The notes under the pieces were generated by a model, which was given only the letters and a program-made list of their open reading frames with translations, did not search any database and was not told the origin of the DNA. The translations under genes were made by a program, and so were the position numbers. From an uncultured Gemmatimonadales bacterium (GTDB taxonomy: Bacteria > Gemmatimonadota > Gemmatimonadetes > Gemmatimonadales > GWC2-71-9), in contig CAVOGR010000002.1 of assembly GCA_963695555.1 (NCBI GenBank), positions 256,001-320,000 of the forward strand: a stretch of DNA of 64,000 nucleotides, read 5' to 3'. Shown piece by piece: positions 39,461 through 49,010 of this stretch (positions are counted from its first letter, which is position 1; the number at the start of each line of letters is the position of its first letter).

Positions 39461-41773
39461 GTGCATCTCGAATTGATCGACCTTTTGGCCATCCTGCTAG
39501 CGGCATGGGGAAGCGGACTCCTCGCCGTCCGGCTCGGCTTTCCCGCGATTCTCGGCGAGCTCGCGGCCGGCGTCGTGTTTGGGCCCGCACTGCTCGGCTG
39601 GCTGGTGCCCAGCGAATCGGTGGACGTGCTCGCCGAGCTCGGCGTGTACCTGCTCATGCTCTACATCGGGATGGAGATCCAGCCGCGACAGCTGGTCTCC
39701 GCCTCGCGGGCCGGCGTGCTGGCCGCCATCGGCGGCTTCCTGGTCCCGTTCGGCATCGGCGTCGGCCTGATGCTGTCACTGGAGTACTCGACCGCGGCGG
39801 CCTTGTTCATGGGCATGGCGATGGGGGTCACCTCTCTCGCCACCAAGTCACGGATTCTGGTCGATCTCAACCTGCTCGGCACCCGCGTCGCCAGTGTCCT
39901 CCTGGTCGGCGCGGTGTTCGCCGACACCCTCGCCCTCATGACCTTCGCCGGTATCCTGGCGATGGGCTCGCAGGGGGCCGGAAGCGACGCGTGGATCGGC
40001 GTGGCCGTCACCGGGGTCAAGGCCGTCATCTTCTTTGCCGCAGCCGTGGTCATCGGACTCCGGGTCTTCCCGTGGATCGGGACGCACCTCGCGCGGTGGA
40101 AGCTCGGTAAACGCACCAGCAACTTCACCATCGTCTTGATCGTGGCCTTCCTCTTCGGCGAACTCGCTCATCTGGCGGGGCTGCACGCCATTCTCGGAGC
40201 GTTCGTGGCCGGCCTCTTCCTCCAGGAGGGGATTCTCCAGCGGAAGTGGTCATACGAAGTCACCGATGTCGTGCACGATCTGTCGCTGGGGTTCCTCGCT
40301 CCCGTGTTCTTCGTCTCGGCCGGCTTCCACATCTCCCTGCCGGCGGTCATTGCCAACTGGGAACTTCTGCTGCTCGTCGTGGTGCTGGCCACCCTCGGCA
40401 AAATCGTCGGGACGGCGCTGTTCTACCTGCCAAGCGGCCATGGCTGGCGCGAAGGGCTCACCGTAGGTGCCGGCATGAACGGCCGCGGGGCGGTCGAGAT
40501 CATCGTCGCCGAGATCGGCCTGGCTATGGGACTCATTACGCCGGACGTGTTTTCAATTCTGGTGGTGATGGCGTTCCTCACCACGTTGTCGGTTCCCTTC
40601 TTCCTGACCTGGCTGGTGCGGTGGCTCCGGGCGCGGAACGAACTCGTACCGGCGGCGACCGGTCGCAGCGGTGTGATCATCACCCCGGTGACGGCGTTGG
40701 GCCTCAAGCTGGCAACCTTGTTCGTGGACGAGGGCAAACCCGTCACGTTCGTGGATCGGTATCCAACGGGCTGCCGCGATGCCCAGCGGCATGGCTTTCG
40801 CGCGGTGCACGGAGACATCTTGGACCGCGACATCCTGGCCGATGCTGGAGCGACCGATGCCAGAATGATCATCTCGCTGTTGGACGACGAGCCGGAGTCC
40901 GTTGCGCTGGGGCGCTATGCGCGGGTGGAGTTCGGGGTTCCGGAATTCTACTTGCCGGGTGCACCCGAACGCGCGACGGCCACCGCGGCGGAGGTCGAAC
41001 GATTGGGGCTCCGGCGCCTGGTGTTGGGTGGCGACGCGCTGGTGAGCCTACACTCGCAAGCGGACCTCGAGCGCTTCGAGCTGATCCAGGAAGTGGTTCC
41101 CGACATGATCTTGGGGGACGAAATCGCCGTGGTGTTCCCGGCCGATGCCCAGGCCGTGCCGCTTGCCTTCCGGCAGGATGGGCGGACCCAACCGCTCCAC
41201 CGCAACGCCACCCTCCTCCCCGGTGCCACGGTCTGGGTCCTCAAGTGCGCGCCCCACGAGAAGCTGCCAGAGCCTCGGGCCCGCGCGCTCGCACGGCTCC
41301 ACCGGGCCGAGGTCATCGACCTCGGGAATCTCCAGGAAGCCGATCAGGTGGTCGGCGCGCTCGCGAAGCCGCTCGCCGGGGCAACCACGCTCTCAGAAGA
41401 GGAGGTCCAGAGCCTCCTCTGGGAGCGCGAGCGAACCATGACCACGGTGGTGGCGCCAGGCATTGCGATCCCGCATGTGCTCGTGACCGGCCTCGGGGAG
41501 CCGGTGCTGGCCGTCGCGCGGTCGAAACCGGGCGTCGTCTTTGCCAAGGGCCGGCCCCCGGTGCACGCCTTCTTCGCGATCGCCAGCGATCCCGACCGAC
41601 GAAGCCCGTATCTCTATTTGCTGTGGGCCATTTCCTCGATCGCGTCGCTCGAACGCTTTATTCCGCTGTGGACCGCTGCGGAGCAGGAAGCCGACCTCAC
41701 GCACGTGCTGCGCACCCTCGCGGCCGAGTTGGCAAGTGAGAACGGACCCAGCGGCGGAGCCGCCCACCCATGA
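39461..41773 (+). CDS. CPA2 cation:proton antiporter fused to TrkA-N-like and PTS EIIA domains
   Basis: ~400-aa hydrophobic domain (GAVFAD, ILGAFVAG, GMNGRGAVE), VHGDILD...AGATDA, RERTMTTVVAPGIAIPH. Confidence 0.87.
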   Translation: MHLELIDLLAILLAAWGSGLLAVRLGFPAILGELAAGVVFGPALLGWLVPSESVDVLAELGVYLLMLYIGMEIQPRQLVSASRAGVLAAIGGFLVPFGIGVGLMLSLEYSTAAALFMGMAMGVTSLATKSRILVDLNLLGTRVASVLLVGAVFADTLALMTFAGILAMGSQGAGSDAWIGVAVTGVKAVIFFAAAVVIGLRVFPWIGTHLARWKLGKRTSNFTIVLIVAFLFGELAHLAGLHAILGAFVAGLFLQEGILQRKWSYEVTDVVHDLSLGFLAPVFFVSAGFHISLPAVIANWELLLLVVVLATLGKIVGTALFYLPSGHGWREGLTVGAGMNGRGAVEIIVAEIGLAMGLITPDVFSILVVMAFLTTLSVPFFLTWLVRWLRARNELVPAATGRSGVIITPVTALGLKLATLFVDEGKPVTFVDRYPTGCRDAQRHGFRAVHGDILDRDILADAGATDARMIISLLDDEPESVALGRYARVEFGVPEFYLPGAPERATATAAEVERLGLRRLVLGGDALVSLHSQADLERFELIQEVVPDMILGDEIAVVFPADAQAVPLAFRQDGRTQPLHRNATLLPGATVWVLKCAPHEKLPEPRARALARLHRAEVIDLGNLQEADQVVGALAKPLAGATTLSEEEVQSLLWERERTMTTVVAPGIAIPHVLVTGLGEPVLAVARSKPGVVFAKGRPPVHAFFAIASDPDRRSPYLYLLWAISSIASLERFIPLWTAAEQEADLTHVLRTLAAELASENGPSGGAAHP

Positions 41774-41877
41774 TGCCACCGACGTCGGTCGCCTCGGGGC
41801 GCGATCGGTGAGGCCGCGGCAGCGGGCCTGATCCGAGCTCGATCCGTCCGCGCGACTGACTCGCGCGACCCCTGCCC

Positions 41878-44130
41878 CTACCCTTTCAACTGATCCAGAA
41901 TCGGCAGCCGCCGGATCCGCTTTCCCGTCGCCCGGAAGATGGCGTTGGTGAGCGCCGGGGCGGCGCTCGGAATGCCGATCTCGCCCACACCGGTCGGCGT
42001 GTCGCCAAACGGGAGGATGTGGGCCTCGAACCGGCTCGGAAACGCGGCGATGCGTGCCAGCGGGTAGTCGTGGAAGTTGCTCTGCTCGATCTGCCCGTCC
42101 TTGACCGTGATCTGGAGACCCAGGGCCGTGCTGATCCCATCGACCGTGGCGCCCTGGAGCTGGGCCTCGACCGCGTTCGGATGCACCGCGAGGCCGCAAT
42201 CGATCGCGGCGACGATGCGCTCGATCCTGAGATCGCCGTCGTCGCCCACCTCGACCTCGATCGCGTGGGCCGCATACCCGCCGAAGGTGAAGTGCGACGC
42301 GAGCCCGATGCCGCGGCCGGCCGGTAGTGCCCTCCCATATCCGATCCGCTCGGCCACGAACCCGACCAGCCGGGCCAGACGGCCCGGGTTGAACGTCGGG
42401 CCGCCGTGGCTGGAATAGGGCAGTGTCCTGTCCGCGCCGTACAGCCGGAGGCGGAGCTCGAGCGGGTCCTGACCCGTGGCGGCGGCGACTTCGTCGATGA
42501 AGCTCTGGACCACGAACGCGTTGGCCGTGTGGGCCGGCCCGCGCCACGAGCCGCGCGGCACACCGATGGCGTTGTGGAAGTACTCCAGCCGGAAGTTCGG
42601 CACCATGCGGCGCGGGAAGTCGTCGGGATAGAGCTCGGCTTGCCACAAGTTGTCGTCCGGCATGTTGGGCCGCCGGTAGTACTTGCTGGCACTGGCCAGG
42701 CGGTGGGTCCACGCGACGATGTCGCCACCGGCGCTCATCCCGGCGCGCAGTTCATGCGTGCCGGCCGGGCGGTAGAAGTCATTCTTGACGTCGTCCTCGC
42801 GGGTCCATTGAAGCTTGATCGGCCAGCCGGTCTTCTTCGAGATCAGCGCCGCCTCGGCCACGTAATCGTTGGTGAGCCGGCGGCCGAACCCGCCGCCGAC
42901 CCGCGGGAAGTCGACCTCGATTTGGTCGAGCTCGAGACCCGTGGCCCACGCGGCCGACCGGGCCGCGCCCCCGGGCATCTGGGTCGGTGCAATGATGTGG
43001 CAGCGACCGGCCTCGACGAAGGCGTAACAGTTCTGTGGCTCGAGCGGCGCGTGATTGACGAACGGGACCTCGTAGCGATGTTCGACCACCATCGCCGCAC
43101 CGGCCATGGCCGCGTCGAATCCGCCGTCATCGAGCACCACCTGCCCCCGGCCGTCGAGCAGCCTCGCGTTCTCGGCCCAGAAGGCTGCCGAGCTGTCGCC
43201 CGCGTTCGGGCCCTTGTCCCACTCGACCCGTAGGGCACGCCGCCCCTTGATGGCGGCCCAGGTTGAGGTCGCCACCACGGCCACGCCGCTCGCCAGGATG
43301 TTGTACGGCGCCCCCGGGGCCGGGCCCTCGATTTCGAACACGTCCAGCACGCCGTCGACCGCGCGGGCGGCCGAGTCGTCGAACGACACCGGCTTGCCAT
43401 TCAGGTACGGGCACCGGGCGATCACCGCGTACCGCATGTTGGGCTGCTCGGTATCGCTGGCGTACTTTGCCGCACCAGTCACGATGTCGCGGGCGTCGAT
43501 CGTCGGGTGGCGCTTTCCGACGATGCGGTAATCGGCCGTTGCTTTGAGCGGCGGCCGTTCCGTCGGCACGGCCAGCAGGGCGGCGTCGGCCACGAGGTCG
43601 GCGTACGCTAGCCTGTTGCCGCGGGTGGGCCCGACGACCAATCCGGGCTCGGTGCGGCACTGGCCGGGATCGACGTTCCACCGTGTGGCCGCGGCCCGGA
43701 TCAGTTGCTGCCGGGCCGTCGCGCCGACCTGGCGCATGAAGTCCCAGTTGTTGGTGAGCCCGCTGCTGCCGCCGACTCCCTGGCCGCCGTACTTCCAGGT
43801 ATAGCCGTCGGCCGTCTTCACCAGGCCGAGCGGCATCGGGCGGATGCTGACCGTGTCCCAGGCGACATCCAATTCCTCGGCCACGAGCATGGGCAGCGCC
43901 GTGCGCACGCCTTGCCCGAGTTCGGGCTGGTTGGTGCCGATGATGACACCGCCGTCAGGCAAGATCTCGATGAAGAACCCGAGCTGGCGATCGGGAGAAT
44001 CGACTTGTCCCAGCAGGTCCGCGAGCGGCACGCCGAGCACGAACGTGCCGGCGGCCGTGGCACCGGCAACGACGAACTGCCGGCGCGACAGCGTCAGGGT
44101 CGGGGTCGGAGACGACACGCTATCGGACAT
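41878..44130 (-). CDS. Molybdopterin-binding subunit, isoquinoline 1-oxidoreductase beta (IorB)-like, Tat-exported
   Basis: SRRQFV twin-arginine motif, ELGQG, HAPLEP, GGGFGRR, WRGP, QSNFHDY, GVGEIG. Confidence 0.92.
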   Translation of the reverse strand: MSDSVSSPTPTLTLSRRQFVVAGATAAGTFVLGVPLADLLGQVDSPDRQLGFFIEILPDGGVIIGTNQPELGQGVRTALPMLVAEELDVAWDTVSIRPMPLGLVKTADGYTWKYGGQGVGGSSGLTNNWDFMRQVGATARQQLIRAAATRWNVDPGQCRTEPGLVVGPTRGNRLAYADLVADAALLAVPTERPPLKATADYRIVGKRHPTIDARDIVTGAAKYASDTEQPNMRYAVIARCPYLNGKPVSFDDSAARAVDGVLDVFEIEGPAPGAPYNILASGVAVVATSTWAAIKGRRALRVEWDKGPNAGDSSAAFWAENARLLDGRGQVVLDDGGFDAAMAGAAMVVEHRYEVPFVNHAPLEPQNCYAFVEAGRCHIIAPTQMPGGAARSAAWATGLELDQIEVDFPRVGGGFGRRLTNDYVAEAALISKKTGWPIKLQWTREDDVKNDFYRPAGTHELRAGMSAGGDIVAWTHRLASASKYYRRPNMPDDNLWQAELYPDDFPRRMVPNFRLEYFHNAIGVPRGSWRGPAHTANAFVVQSFIDEVAAATGQDPLELRLRLYGADRTLPYSSHGGPTFNPGRLARLVGFVAERIGYGRALPAGRGIGLASHFTFGGYAAHAIEVEVGDDGDLRIERIVAAIDCGLAVHPNAVEAQLQGATVDGISTALGLQITVKDGQIEQSNFHDYPLARIAAFPSRFEAHILPFGDTPTGVGEIGIPSAAPALTNAIFRATGKRIRRLPILDQLKG

Positions 44131-44599
44131 TGCCGCCTCCTTCCGCCTGCAGTTCCGCCGCCCGGTGGATGGCCGCGCGGATCCGCGGATAGGTGCCGCA
44201 GCGGCACAGGATGGTCAGTTGGGCGTCGATGTCGGCATCGGTAGGGTTTGGAATGCGTTGCAGCAGGTCGACCGTTGCCATGATCTGCCCGGCCTGGCAG
44301 TAGCCGCATTGGGGCACATCGTGCTCCAGCCACGCCGTCTGCACCGGGTGCAGTTGCTCAGCCGAGGCGGCGAGCCCTTCGATGGTGGTAATCGACAAGC
44401 CGGCGATGCTCGATACTGGTGTGAGGCACGACCGCCGTGCCTGGCCATCGACCAGCACCGTGCACGTGCCGCAAAGGCCGACGCCGCAGCCGTATTTGGT
44501 GCCGGTGAGCCGGACGTGATCGCGGAGCACCCAGAGGAGCGGGGTCTCCTGGCTGCCGTCGAACACCACGTCTTGGGAGTTCACTCGGAAGGAAATCAT
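44120..44599 (-). CDS. [2Fe-2S] subunit (IorA/CoxS-like)
   Basis: GTKYGCGVGLCGTCTV, QCGYCQ, CRCGTY. Confidence 0.95.
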   Translation of the reverse strand: MISFRVNSQDVVFDGSQETPLLWVLRDHVRLTGTKYGCGVGLCGTCTVLVDGQARRSCLTPVSSIAGLSITTIEGLAASAEQLHPVQTAWLEHDVPQCGYCQAGQIMATVDLLQRIPNPTDADIDAQLTILCRCGTYPRIRAAIHRAAELQAEGGGNVR

Positions 44600-44878
44600 G
44601 GGCGGAGGCTCCGCGTCGGATGGAAGGTCGGCCCTACCGGCCCTGGCAGGAGGGGCCGGCGGTCAGCGTCGGGGGGGGCACGGCTGGTCGAGACGAGAAG
44701 ACCGTCTCCCGGCCGGCGTGCCTACACTATGAACCTTTACGAGTGGGGCGGGCAAGTGTTTCGCCGCCGCCGTGCGACTCGGCGGGTGCTCGGCGGCCGG
44801 GCCCGCGAGGAATGCGAATTCGATCCGATGCGACGAGGGACGACCGAGCGGCGACCACCGATGCTGCCCGGAGCCATA

Positions 44879-44914
44879 GACGAACGAGCCCGCCTAGCGG
44901 CGGGCTCGTTCGTC
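44879..44914 (-). terminator. Hairpin directly 3' of tRNA-Cys
   Basis: Perfect 16-bp stem GACGAACGAGCCCGCC-TAGC-GGCGGGCTCGTTCGTC. Confidence 0.7.
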
Positions 44915-44915
44915 A

Positions 44916-44987
<72 letters not shown>

Positions 44988-45030
44988 GGGATGTGGAAAG
45001 TGGCGCGGGCCCCAACCCGCCGCAAGGGCC

Positions 45031-45954
45031 TTACAACTCCTTCAGGTACCACCGATTGCATGATGTGTAACCGGTGTTGCCCACCTGCCGGTCTACCTCG
45101 CGGAACCCCGCCCGCTCGTAGAGCCGCCGCGCCTCCGCCATCGGATCGGACGTCTCCAAGTAGCACTGTCGGTAGCCCAGCGTTTTGGCCCGCTCGAGCA
45201 GGCGCTCGAGCACCGTGCGGCCGAGCCCGAGCCCGCGGAGCTCGGGCAGGAAGTACATCTTCCGAAGCTCACAGATAGCCGCGTCGGCACCGGCCAGCGA
45301 GGCTATCCCCCCGCCGCCCAGCACCCGCTGGCCCCGTGCAACCACCAGATACTGGGAGCGATCGCCCCGGTAGGCCTCATACATGGCGTCGACTTCCGAC
45401 CCTTCGCCCGCGCACACGCTGTCGGCCACACCGTACTCAGCCATCACACCGCGGATCATGCGCGCCAGCGCCGGGTCGTCGCTCCGACGGACCGGCCGGA
45501 TGGTGTAGTCGCGGAGCGCCCGGGAGCGGGCCAGCGCCTTGGCATAGAGTTCGAGCCCCTCGACCACCGCCCCGCGGCCGGCCGAGTCCAACAGCTCGAG
45601 CGCGCCGGCCACCTGCCGGTCGGCCGCCCGGTCGAGCCGCGCCACCGCCCGGCGACCATTCGGCGTTAGCCGAATCGGCTTGGCCCGCTTGTCGGCTACC
45701 TTTACCCTGCCGACGAGCCCGCGGCGCCTGAGCCGCCCGACGGTCCGGCTCATGGTCGACTTGTCGAGCGCCATTCGCTCCGCCAGTTCGGTGATGGTGA
45801 GCGGTGCCTCGCGGCCGAGCTCGGTCAGCACGTGACACTCGGACAGGGTCGGGCCGCCACCGGCGGCGCCCGCTCCATCGCCCAGGAGCCCCAGCTGCCG
45901 CACCATCCGGCGCGACGCGTCGCGCACCTGGCGGACGGGTAGCCCTGTCGACAT
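45031..45954 (-). CDS. Bifunctional MarR-type HTH / GNAT acetyltransferase
   Basis: LDKSTMSRTVGRL...DKRAK; ELRKMYFLPELRGLGLG, ARRLYERAGF. Confidence 0.9.
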   Translation of the reverse strand: MSTGLPVRQVRDASRRMVRQLGLLGDGAGAAGGGPTLSECHVLTELGREAPLTITELAERMALDKSTMSRTVGRLRRRGLVGRVKVADKRAKPIRLTPNGRRAVARLDRAADRQVAGALELLDSAGRGAVVEGLELYAKALARSRALRDYTIRPVRRSDDPALARMIRGVMAEYGVADSVCAGEGSEVDAMYEAYRGDRSQYLVVARGQRVLGGGGIASLAGADAAICELRKMYFLPELRGLGLGRTVLERLLERAKTLGYRQCYLETSDPMAEARRLYERAGFREVDRQVGNTGYTSCNRWYLKEL

Positions 45955-46036
45955 ACCTCGATCTCCCGATGGAGAGTAGAATCAAATATAGTTGTAGTAT
46001 GCAACTATATCACGGCTCGGGCCAGGGGAGGGGGTC

Positions 46037-46522
46037 ATGACCATCGAACGGGTGGTGTCGGGCGGCCAGACCGGAGTCGATCGCGCCGCCCTGGATGCGG
46101 CGGAGGAGCTAAGCCTGCCAGCGGGCGGCTGGTGCCCGGCCGGGCGGCTGGCCGAGGACGGCCCCATCCCGCCACACTATCCCCTGACCGAGACCCCGAC
46201 CGACGCGTACGAGGAACGCACCCGGTGGAACGTGCGCGACAGCGACGGCACCCTCGTGCTCACCATCGGGCGGCCCAGCGGCGGCACCGCCCAAACCATC
46301 GAGTGCGCGCGCGGGTTGGCCCGGCCCTACTTCGTGCTCGACCTCCGCGCCACACCGGCCGAGCGGCGCCGGGTCGAGGCGTGGCTCGCGGCCAACCGGA
46401 TCCGCACGCTCAATGTTGCGGGTCCCAGGGAGAGCAAGGCGCCGGGGGTGTACCAACTGGCGAAGGATTACCTGAAGAACCTGCTCACGATCGCGTCAGC
46501 GGGTGATGCTCGGATAGAGTGA
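46037..46522 (+). CDS. Putative molybdenum carrier / SLOG-family protein
   Basis: SGGQTGVDRAALD, RTRWNVRDSDGTL, LNVAGPRES. Confidence 0.88.
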   Translation: MTIERVVSGGQTGVDRAALDAAEELSLPAGGWCPAGRLAEDGPIPPHYPLTETPTDAYEERTRWNVRDSDGTLVLTIGRPSGGTAQTIECARGLARPYFVLDLRATPAERRRVEAWLAANRIRTLNVAGPRESKAPGVYQLAKDYLKNLLTIASAGDARIE

Positions 46523-48151
46523 GAAGGCGAGCCCCTTGGCGATGACCAACACCCAGCCCGCGGACTCGACGTCGGTCGCGAAGCGCCGCGCGACGTCGAC
46601 CCGAAGCGGGCTGAGCGAGGTATCGCGGCTCAGGCCGATCCGGAGGCCGACCCCGGCATCCCATCCCAACCGGCGCTCGAAGCCGTCATACCATGCTCCG
46701 CCGTGGTCGACGAACCCCGCGAGCCCGATGCCCGCGAATCGCCACAAGTCTGGAATCAGGGTGTAGCGGTACTCCGCCGTCGCGAACACCATGCGGTCGC
46801 CGGTGAAGGCGTGGGAGCGGAAGGCGCGCGGCCCGTAGTCGAGGCCGAGGTCGAACTCGGTGCCCGGGGTCGGGTCTTCCAACCACCCGGCCTCCGCGTG
46901 GACCATCACATTATGCCGCTCCGCCGGCTGGAACACGGCCGTACCGCTCAGGCTGACCGACCCCGAGTCGAGCCCCGCGCCGGTAAAGAGCCCGTTGGCC
47001 GCCGCCTCGACCAGGGCAAACCCCAACGGCAACGCGGTGCCGCTCCGAACGGTCACACCGGGGCCGATGCCGTCCTGCTCATACCCGAAGGCACGGGAAG
47101 CGACCAGCGCGCTCACTTGCACCGTGGTGCTCAGGTCGATGTCTTCTTCCCGTCCGAAGGCGAGGAAATTTCGGGTGACCAGGAACCGGGAGCGGCTCCA
47201 GTGCATGAACGGGCCGACGACGCCGGTGATGGTCTCCGGAAACGGCCCGGCCAGAGAATCGTCCCGGAAGTCCTCCCGGCGCAGCTCGCCGAGCCCGCCC
47301 AGCCTCAGGTACCCCGAAGCGCCGGTCTCGAGGGCCCAGGCACCCGCGATGCGAGCCGAGGTGCGACGTTGACGCAGCGTCTCCGACGGCGTCCTGACCC
47401 CTTCCCGGAACCGGAGCACGCGGGTGTCACGCACCGTCCCGCCCACGCCATACGACAGCCGCGAGTCGAGCGACAAAAACGGCCGGCCGACGGCGGCGCT
47501 CAACACGGTGCCGTCCGAGCGGTCTTCGTACACCGCAGCCACGCCAATAGAGTTGGCGATCAGCCGGCCGCGCGCGAACCCGAGCTCGATGGAGGAGCGA
47601 TCGGGATCGTCCCGAAATTCGAAGGACGCGGTGCTTGCCGTGCCGAGCAGGTTTTCCTCGGCCACGCGGATGGTGAAGGCGATCTCATCGCCCGAACTCC
47701 GAAAGCGGAAATCGGTGCGGGTGCTCCAGCCATCTTTGGTGTTGACCCGAGCGATCAGGCCGGAGTCGGTGCGAACGGTATCGATCAGGACTCGCCGAAA
47801 GATGCCGAGCGATCGGAGATTGCGCTCCGTTTCGGCGACGCGCGCGGAGTCGTAGGGCTCACCCGCGCGGAACAGGAGTTCCTTCCGCACCACGGATGGC
47901 CGCGTGGTGAAGTGGAGTGCGTTCACCAGCCGGGCAATCCAACTCTTTTCCGCTTCGTCCTGATCGAAGATGTCCTGCCGCTCGATCTCGATGGCGCGGA
48001 TGGTGTCGGGGGTCGCCGAAGCCTCGGGCCCGCCGGCAACCTGCGCCGTGACGGCCGATGCGTACCCAACGAGAGCGAGGCAGACCAGGGTGCACCTGGC
48101 CAGTGTGGTAGCGGACAGAACCGACTCCGGAGCGCGGGGATCCAGCCGCAA
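46496..48151 (-). CDS. Omp85/TamA-like outer membrane protein with POTRA domain
   Basis: TRPSVVRKELLF...ETERNLRSLGIF, EENLLG, C-terminal amphipathic strands (AEYR, FVDHG, GVGLR); start uncertain (TTG 48151). Confidence 0.8.
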   Translation of the reverse strand: MRLDPRAPESVLSATTLARCTLVCLALVGYASAVTAQVAGGPEASATPDTIRAIEIERQDIFDQDEAEKSWIARLVNALHFTTRPSVVRKELLFRAGEPYDSARVAETERNLRSLGIFRRVLIDTVRTDSGLIARVNTKDGWSTRTDFRFRSSGDEIAFTIRVAEENLLGTASTASFEFRDDPDRSSIELGFARGRLIANSIGVAAVYEDRSDGTVLSAAVGRPFLSLDSRLSYGVGGTVRDTRVLRFREGVRTPSETLRQRRTSARIAGAWALETGASGYLRLGGLGELRREDFRDDSLAGPFPETITGVVGPFMHWSRSRFLVTRNFLAFGREEDIDLSTTVQVSALVASRAFGYEQDGIGPGVTVRSGTALPLGFALVEAAANGLFTGAGLDSGSVSLSGTAVFQPAERHNVMVHAEAGWLEDPTPGTEFDLGLDYGPRAFRSHAFTGDRMVFATAEYRYTLIPDLWRFAGIGLAGFVDHGGAWYDGFERRLGWDAGVGLRIGLSRDTSLSPLRVDVARRFATDVESAGWVLVIAKGLAFSLYPSITR

Positions 48152-48176
48152 TCTAACCCGCGGCCGTGGGAGCCCC

Positions 48177-48962
48177 CTACCCCAACAGCTCCGCCACGCT
48201 CGTGAGGATTCGGTCCGGTGCGACACCGCTCTTGGCGACGGTGTCGGAGCGGTACTTCCCGGTCTTGACCAGCCACCCGCGATAGCCGGCCTGTTGGGCG
48301 CCCTGGACATCGGTCCAGATGTCGTCGCCGATGACGACGATGTCGGCCACGGCCGGATCCTCATCGCCCCGGATGCTCCGGACGGCGCCGTGGAAGAATT
48401 CGGGGCTGGGTTTTCCTGCGATGGTGGCGGTGACGCCGGTGGCGTATTCGAGGCCCACCACGAACGGGCCGGCGTCGAGTGCAAGCCCGTCGCGCCGCAT
48501 CCAGTAGCGGTCGCGTGACAGCGCAATGAGGGCTGCGCCATCGAGTACGTAGCGGAAGGCTTCCTGCATGAGCGCATAGGTCCAGCGCTCGCCCAGGTCC
48601 CCGATCAGGACCGCGTCCGGTCCTTCGGTTGCCGCCTGGCCGGAGGTGCCGCCGCCCAGTTCGAACTCCGCGAGGTCCGGCAGCGCCGCCTCCGCGACGA
48701 ACGGGGCCAGCCGTCGCACGCCGCGCACGCGGGCCGCCGAGGCCCCGGCCACTACCGCGGTGATCACCTCATCCTCGGAGAGGGTGAACCCATAGCCGGC
48801 GAGCCGCTCGAGAATCGCGGCTCGCGAGCGGCTCGACGTGTTGGTGACGCACCGGAACGGGGTGGATCCCCGCAGGGCGGCGAGCACCTCGACGGCACCC
48901 GGAACCGGACCGGCCTCCGTGTAGAGCGTGCCGTCGAGGTCGAACAGATAGGCGTCCGGCAT
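48177..48962 (-). CDS. HAD-IIA family hydrolase
   Basis: FDLDGTL, VTNTS, GKPS, IGDDIWTDV, VKTGKY. Confidence 0.92.
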   Translation of the reverse strand: MPDAYLFDLDGTLYTEAGPVPGAVEVLAALRGSTPFRCVTNTSSRSRAAILERLAGYGFTLSEDEVITAVVAGASAARVRGVRRLAPFVAEAALPDLAEFELGGGTSGQAATEGPDAVLIGDLGERWTYALMQEAFRYVLDGAALIALSRDRYWMRRDGLALDAGPFVVGLEYATGVTATIAGKPSPEFFHGAVRSIRGDEDPAVADIVVIGDDIWTDVQGAQQAGYRGWLVKTGKYRSDTVAKSGVAPDRILTSVAELLG

Positions 48963-49010
48963 TGCGCTAGTGCTCTCGCCGGGCGGCATGCGCCAACCGG
49001 TTGCGGCCGA

